Source: the human T2T-CHM13v2.0 reference genome, Homo sapiens. From it: a DNA stretch of 64,000 nt. The position numbers and the translations under genes were made by a program. Below the pieces are notes generated by a model that saw only the letters and a program-made list of their open reading frames with translations, was not told the DNA's origin and ran no database searches. The stretch is from assembly GCF_009914755.1 (NCBI RefSeq), contig NC_060939.1. One strand, given 5' to 3'. This document shows, piece by piece, positions 57,069 to 64,000 of the stretch (positions within the stretch are counted from its first letter, which is position 1; each line of letters starts with the position of its first letter).

Positions 57069-60000
57069 TGTCATTTTTTACATTTTGGTACCCTCTAAAT
57101 TTCAGTACCAGGGACCCCTTTGCCCCCCATCCTACTTGGGACTCCTGTGCAAGTTATTTAATGACAGTTTCATCCTTCATGTTGTCTCTTCAAACCCGTC
57201 AAAAGCAGGGACTGAGTTTGGGGTGTGTCTGGGTCCCCAGTGGCTGGCACACCATAGGTGCACAATTAATACTTGCTGTTGGTGGTGACAATGTAAGGGA
57301 TGGGGGTTTAGAACGTGGGAGGGATCAGAAGGACCTCATCTCATGAGGAATCAGAAATACTGATCCTGCCTCCTGTCTGTGCCCAGAAGGTAGAAATATT
57401 GAGAGAGAGAGAGAGAGAGGATGGGAAAAGCACCCATGAGAGAAGTGAGTACCACCTGGCTGGTGCTTCCACCATCTGCCCAGCCCTCTTGACTGGGACA
57501 GGGGGTGCATAAGGGCTAACCAGATATGAACAGATCCCTGAGGCAGGGTGTATTTGCTGAAGGGTGGGAGGAGCTAGCTGGTTAAGGGATGGCATGGGGA
57601 GAGGGTGCTAGGGGAGCATTCTAGGGTAGAGCCCCAGGGTGGGCAAACTCCAGAGGGGCACAAGGTAACCTCTGCCTGGGGAGATTCCTCCTTCCCTCAG
57701 CAGCCAGCATCTCTTGGGGCACTGCAGAGAGCAGGAGCCCCCAAGCCCAAGAGACTTGGGGCATCTCAACCCCGCTTCTCACAACAAGTGTGATTTGGGC
57801 AAATTATCTAACGAGATATGGCTGGAAAAGGCTTGTCCCTCCCATGTGCAAAATCCCCACTGTCTCCCCAGTGCCTGTGCCAGGCATCTGTGGTCTGGCA
57901 GCTGTGAGGATGGTTTCATGTGTAATCTATAGGTTCTTTCCACGCCTTTCTGAAGCTTGGTGAATGCCTGCTACCTTCTTCTGTGATGTGACTCCACGGT
58001 CAACCAGAAATGACACTTCACATTCACTCATGTGCTCACTTGCTCACTACTCAAACTTTATTGAGTTTTTCTATATCCCACAGTGCTGGCCACTGGAGGT
58101 TGGATGCGAGTCCCCACCTGCCGGGTGTTTACAGCCCCCTGAGGGAGACAGACAAGCAAATGAACCATGACCACACAGAGTGATCAGAGCTCAGCAATGA
58201 GACTGTATCCGTGGGTCAGCAACACTGCCTGGAGGAAGCATTAAGGTTTGAGCCCAGAGAGAAGAGAAGATACTGAGGTTGGGAAGAGAAGCTTCCATGT
58301 GGAGAGGGGCACATATGCAGGTCTGGAGAATCACAAGTACTTCAGCAAGGCCTAGCAGAGAGCTGAGGGGCTAGGTGGTCAACGGCCTCACATGCTGGGC
58401 TTTATTCTGAGGGTAACGGGGAGCCATGGAAGAGTCTGGAGCTCCAGAGTGAAATGTTCAGAAAGTGTTCTTTTTCTTTTTGGCTAGAATAATAATAACT
58501 GAGCCAACACTGGTTATTCTGTGGGAAAACACACAGATCATTGCTTAATAGAAGTGGTCTATTCGGAAGAAAAAGCCTGCTGAAAGGTGGGATCCAGAGA
58601 AAGAACCAAACAAAAGGCCAAGCAAAAGGTGGTGATGACATTGGTGACCTCAGGCCCATACCATATCTCTTCACCCCACCACCCCAGCTTTGCCCCCGTT
58701 ATTTCAGACAGACCTTCCTTCCTGTTGGGACACGTGTGTGTGTGGCTGTGCCTGTGACTTGGCTCTGTGGTCACCTGCCTGTGTGTGCCACTGCCCCTGC
58801 CTCCCTGCTCTCCACCACTCCATCTCTCCAGAGCCCGGTTCTGCCACCTCCTCCAGCAAGCCTGCCCTGGGCCCCCCTGGTTCCTGAGAATATTTTGCTA
58901 TATCCACTTGGAAGAACTTTAGTAGGGTTTCTAAGGCAATGTGAATGCTGCGGTTGGGCTGTGAGGTAGAATAATCAGTGCTCAGACCTTAACCTGCATA
59001 ACCAAACAGTAAGCAATTTGAGGGCAGGGGCTATGCCTCATTCCTTTCGGGAGACCTCAGTCATCCAGCTCTGTGCCTGAGAAGCAGCAGGTCCCATATT
59101 AAAATGTCTGTTCAGTGGATTCATGTTTCATTGTGTGCATCCTAAACTTGTCCAGGACTACTGTGAGCCTCCTCTTTGGAATAAGTGTAGGACCCCCCTA
59201 AATTTCTGCAGGGTCATTCTCTTCAGTGCCTGGTGGCCCAGTCTCCTTTCTGAGCCTTCTGGACTTGCCAGGTACAATTTACTGTCCCTTTTGCTGGGCT
59301 CCCATAGATTTTGGTGCCTATCTCTATTGTGTTTCTTATTCTATTGGGTCAAAGGCATTTTGTAAAAAGCGTCCACTCTCTCCACCTCCCCACCCCCACA
59401 CCCAGCCCAGTGTCTAATTTGCAGTAGGAGATCAATAAGTGTTTGTTGAATGAAAAAAAATGTACTAGCAAGAGTACAGGACCACTCCTTAGGCATATTA
59501 AATGGGAACACAATTACCAATTGAATTCGTTTCCTTCAAAAGAGCCATGTATCCTGGAAGATCCATTCCAGACGTCCAGATGGCAAGACTGGGGAGAGCT
59601 GGGAGTTATTCCTATTGAAACCGTTTCCTCCAGAAGGTCTAGAGTTCAAAAGGGAGGCATTTGCCACAAACAATTGGGCCAGTGTGAGACGATGTGGGTG
59701 GCACGTTGCCAAGGTCTTGGTGGGACTTTGAGCAGTTACCAATGCAAATAGGAGAGAAGACTTATCCCCAGGGGCAACTGTGGTCACCCAGAAATGGAGC
59801 CTTTGGCAACAAGGAGAAAAAACCAGGTCAGCCACTGCACGGGGATTTTCCTAGGGCTGTGGAGTGGCCTCTGGACTTGGAGTCAGGAGGCCTAGCTTCT
59901 CAGCTGGGATCTGGGTTTTAGATCAAGGGTTAAGATGATCTAATGCCAACCTTATTTTCCAGAGGCATTTTTCTGAGCCAAGAATTAAATGCAGGGCACA

Positions 60001-60486
60001 TCAAAGGAATTTTCCTGATTTGTGAATTGTTTCTGCCAACTCAAGCTTCAGAATAAAGACCACTTTTCTCATTCTTTGAGATTTATCTATTGAATGCTGG
60101 ACTATTCTGAAAAACTCTATGCCAGTGAAGCTCATCTCCCAGAGCTGTCCCTGTGCATCCTACTGTCTGACCTCACTGCCTTTGCTCACGCCCTTCCTCC
60201 TTTCAGAGAGTCATCTCCTGATATTGCAGCATCATCCAGACTTTGTTCAATGTTAACTTTTCTTTGAAAGCTTTCTCTGATCACCACAATTTATAGTGAT
60301 CCAGAGAGAGAGAGAGAGCCAATAAGCATGTAGAAGATATGGAGCACCTATTACTATGTAGTATTGGCTCAGCACTTACCATGTGCCAGGCATCGTGCTA
60401 AGCTCTCTACAAGTGTGATCACACTCAGCTCTCACAACAACCCTTAGAAGATCATTCTTAGACAATTTTAAAAATCCCCATTTGTG

Positions 60487-60789
<303 letters not shown>

Positions 60790-60791
60790 TT

Positions 60792-61177
60792 ATGGTGGTC
60801 ATTAGTGCTGTCATCCTATACTTCTGATTCTCTTTCTTCTGAGTACAACGTAGAATTTCACTTCCTGACCCCTTTGTGGTTGGTGAGGTGGAGCCATGTG
60901 AATAGTTCTGGCCAATGCCTTGTGAAATGAAGTAACACATCGTTCCAGATTGGATAATGTTTCATGTTCCTTCCAGAATGGTGACAGGCCAGCAATGTTT
61001 GCCATAATGGCTACATCAGCCTTCTTTTTGCTAAGTGAGTAGGATGAGCAGAAACTCCTACTAACCCATGATGAACATGTAGCATGAGCAAGAAATACAT
61101 TTTGATTGTTTTATGCCACTGAGTTTTTTGGACTTGCTTGTTACTGCTGCATAATCCAGTCTATGCTGACCGATACA
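60792..61177 (+). mobile_element. MaLR solo LTR (MLT1-like)
   Basis: GCCATGTG...TTCTGGCCAATG motif and the typical end GCCACTGAG...TTGTTACTGC.GCATAA...CTGAC.GATACA. Confidence 0.75.
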
Positions 61178-62178
61178 CAATTTTACAGATAGAGAAATCA
61201 AGCTTGCATGGGGAGGCATGGATGACCTTGGCGAAGAGGTAGCTTGAGCCCTTATTGTGCCTTATTGTGTCCAGTGCCCTGACTGGCTGGCTGGCTGTGA
61301 AAGGCCTTGAGAGCCTGAAATGACAGGACTTGATGCTGTTATCCCTAAAGCACAAGGGAGAGTTTAAACAGGGGGCAACACAGCCATCCTTGGGCTTTCA
61401 GAAGGATCGCTCTGGCAGCTGCTTCTGGCTGAGAGGTCACTCTGTATCTGTCCACCTGGAAAGATCAGCCCTGAACCCAGTTGAAAGCCAAACTCCCAGC
61501 ATACACAGAGACCCTCAGGGCAGGTCTGCCATGTGCTTACAATTCCCCAGCACCCAGATCGGCCCATCCGAGCCTCCACACAATGGGCAAGGCTGGTTGG
61601 AAGAGGGAGCTCCCAGGAGGGCTTCTCCCCATCAAGGCAGGCGTACTGGCTCCGTTGTCCTTTTAAATGACCATAAAACAGCACGGAAATGAATGCCAAC
61701 TAACAAGGTTAAAGGATCCTTAAAAAACAAATGATGCCATTTTTTCCCCCAACTCGCTGCTGAGTAAAAATTTGTCACTTCAGTAAGCATTTTATTGGTA
61801 ATTACAGAGTTACTTTATTTGCATATTACAGAGCTGCTAGCGGCCCTAGTGAAAATGCTTAATGTCGCTGAGCATCTTGGAAGGAATTACTCAACCCAGG
61901 GAGGGAGAATTCAGTAATTATTTCCTTAAAACTAGAATTTGCTAATAACTTTGCAGTAGATCACTTTGTGCTCCCCAATACAGCAATTAAATAATAGCAA
62001 TTAAGTGCCAAAGTAACTCAGGCATAGGGCCTATCCCCAAATAGGACCTCTGCTTTATTTCCTTTGAAAGAGGAATAAAGCTACAGTTGGCCCTTTTGAC
62101 TCCTGAACCACCAGGGAACACCGATTCCTCTTAGAGCCAGTTAGAGAAGGCTGGTGCTAAATGTCATCTCCTCATCTT

Positions 62179-62587
62179 CAGAGCAGGATCTGGAAACCCA
62201 GAGAGACGCCTAGGGTCCATCCTGCAGCGAGGAAAGGCCGGCTCTCCAGAGCAGGATCTGGAAACCCAGAGAGAGGCCTAGGGTCCATCCTGCAGCGAGG
62301 AAAGGCCGGCTCTCCAGAGCAGGATCTGGAAACCCAGAGAGACGCCTAGGGTCCATCCTGCAGCGAGGAAAGGCCGGCTCTCCAGAGCAGGATCTGGAAA
62401 CCCAGAGAGACGCCTAGGGTCCATCCTGCAGCGAGGAAAGGCCGGCTCTCCAGAGCAGGATCTGGAAACCCAGAGAGACGCTAGGGTCCATCCTGCAGCG
62501 AGGAAAGGCCGGCTCTCCAGAGCAGGATCTGGAAACCCAGAGAGACGCCTAGGGTCCCTCCTGCAGCGAGGAAAGGCCGGCTCTCCA
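62179..62587. repeat. Minisatellite/VNTR, 6 copies of a 68-bp unit
   Basis: Unit CAGAGCAGGATCTGGAAACCCAGAGAGACGCCTAGGGTCCATCCTGCAGCGAGGAAAGGCCGGCTCTC starts at 62179, 62247, 62315, 62383, 62451 and 62518. Only three differences across all copies. Confidence 0.97.
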
Positions 62588-64000
62588 CTCTAGCAGCTGG
62601 GATGGCAGGCACAGAGGTCAGGTAAGAGGATTCTGGCATCAAGCTGGCTGGGCTTGTTGGCTGGGTCCGGCTTATCATCCAGGTGTCTTGGACAGGTTAC
62701 TCAACCTCTCTAGGTCTCAGTTTTCTCATCAGTAAAGTGGGGGGTCAGCATGTGATCGACTGCACCTGGTGGCTGTGATGATTAAATAACATGACACATG
62801 GAAGTTAGAACTTTGAACATAGGAAATGCTCAGTAAGTGTGAGTTGCAGTGTCTGACCCAGAACCCACCACCGCGCTGACAAGGAGAGCCCAGGTCCCTG
62901 CCAACTAGGAGAAGGGAAGACATTTGCATGTTGCATGTAACTCCTCTGCCTGCACTGGGGAGGTGTGACAGTAGGAGGGAAGGAGTGGCACTTACCACTT
63001 GGGGTTTGATCTGCCCAGGATCAAATCCTGGCTCCACATGCACACACCCAGAGGTAGTGTGACATTGGGCCACTCATACGCTCTCTGAGAGCACCAGTTT
63101 CTCACCTGTAAGACAAGAAGTGTGATACCCATCTGAGTGCCAGGGTCGCCAGGTGACCTCTATTTAAGCACATGCTTTAGTTGCTTAGCTTCCTGCCAGG
63201 CAGATTTATAAATATATACATATATATGTATATTACAAATATATATATCAGGTGTACAAAGGCCTGTCCTTAAAAAGGATCATTACAATTTCAGACTTGT
63301 TCTGTCTTAATTTCTGATTGATACTTAATCAGCAATGGCTTGGAACACTGGCTTTTTGTCTCTCCCTCTGTTAAGTATTTAACAATCTGAAAAACAAACA
63401 TCGGAGAAGATGGAACCTACAGGGGCCCCTGATCCTTCTGCAGTTCTTGATCCTTCTGTGATAGGGCTGAGTCCACTCTCTATTTTATCTTTCTGCAAGA
63501 TCTGCTCCAGTGTGGTATTCTATTTAATAATGTAAAATGCTATTTCATGGAGGAGAGAGTACGGAAAGGTATCTTTTAAAAGATTTGCTTTCCCACCTCC
63601 ATGGCTGGCCTGAACCCTGCCTCCAGGTAGGTTTGTGAGGAATATGCAGTGGCCCTCTGAGAAGGAATATCCAATGAGATAGAAGAGGTCCAGCCCTCAG
63701 TACAGGACTTGGCATCGAGCTCCGTAATGGCTAGTACCCATGTGCAGCTTGGCCTTGCCTGGTATTATACCTAGGAAGTTTTTCTCTGTAGCTTAAGGCA
63801 TTGGTCCAGAGTCATATTTCTTCCCAGCCTCGATGCTGATCTCACTGTTATTGATCATTTACATTTTGGCATGGCCTTTTCTGGGACCATGCTTCAGAGA
63901 CGTCTTGTGTCTCAGGGCCAGGAGAGGGGAAGAAGTGCATCAGGTTCTAGCATCAGCGGATGTAAACAGAGAGAGAATGCTACCTTTGACGCCCCTCCTA

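Noticed and set aside
62179-62587. Regular repeat array resembling CRISPR
   Set aside because: The units are contiguous with no unique spacers, the context is eukaryotic and there are no cas genes; it is a minisatellite.

Overview
Human/primate genomic DNA. The window holds the 5' part of TLE3 (Groucho/TLE-family corepressor) on the minus strand, plus about 34 kb of upstream intergenic sequence. I assembled coding exons 1-6 by hand from canonical GT/AG boundaries: 29000-29023, 28386-28486, 27804-27867, 26758-26802, 8324-8386 and 6761-6835. They give 124 codons (MYPQGRHP...ELNAIIG, the Q/oligomerisation domain). A second exon-6 donor adds [10 protein letters not shown]. The remaining exons lie to the left of the window. 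The 18.4-kb intron 4 hosts the MIR629 hairpin (11600-11696). A large CpG island (~27.7-33.1 kb) covers the promoter and a long GC-rich 5' leader with three uORFs and a CGG tract. It also carries two mirror-image CRE / CCCCACGTGGGG / CCAAT modules that suggest a divergent promoter. The upstream region is mostly repeats (L1PA, L1M, Alu, MIR, L2, MER1B/MER20/MER53, MLT1) plus a very homogeneous 6 x 68-bp VNTR at 62179-62587 next to a homeobox/octamer-rich block. Nearly all listed ORFs are chance or repeat-derived. I cannot demonstrate a wholly new system. The best leads are regulatory: candidate stop-containing cassette exons, alternative N-termini, the mirrored promoter module and the VNTR.
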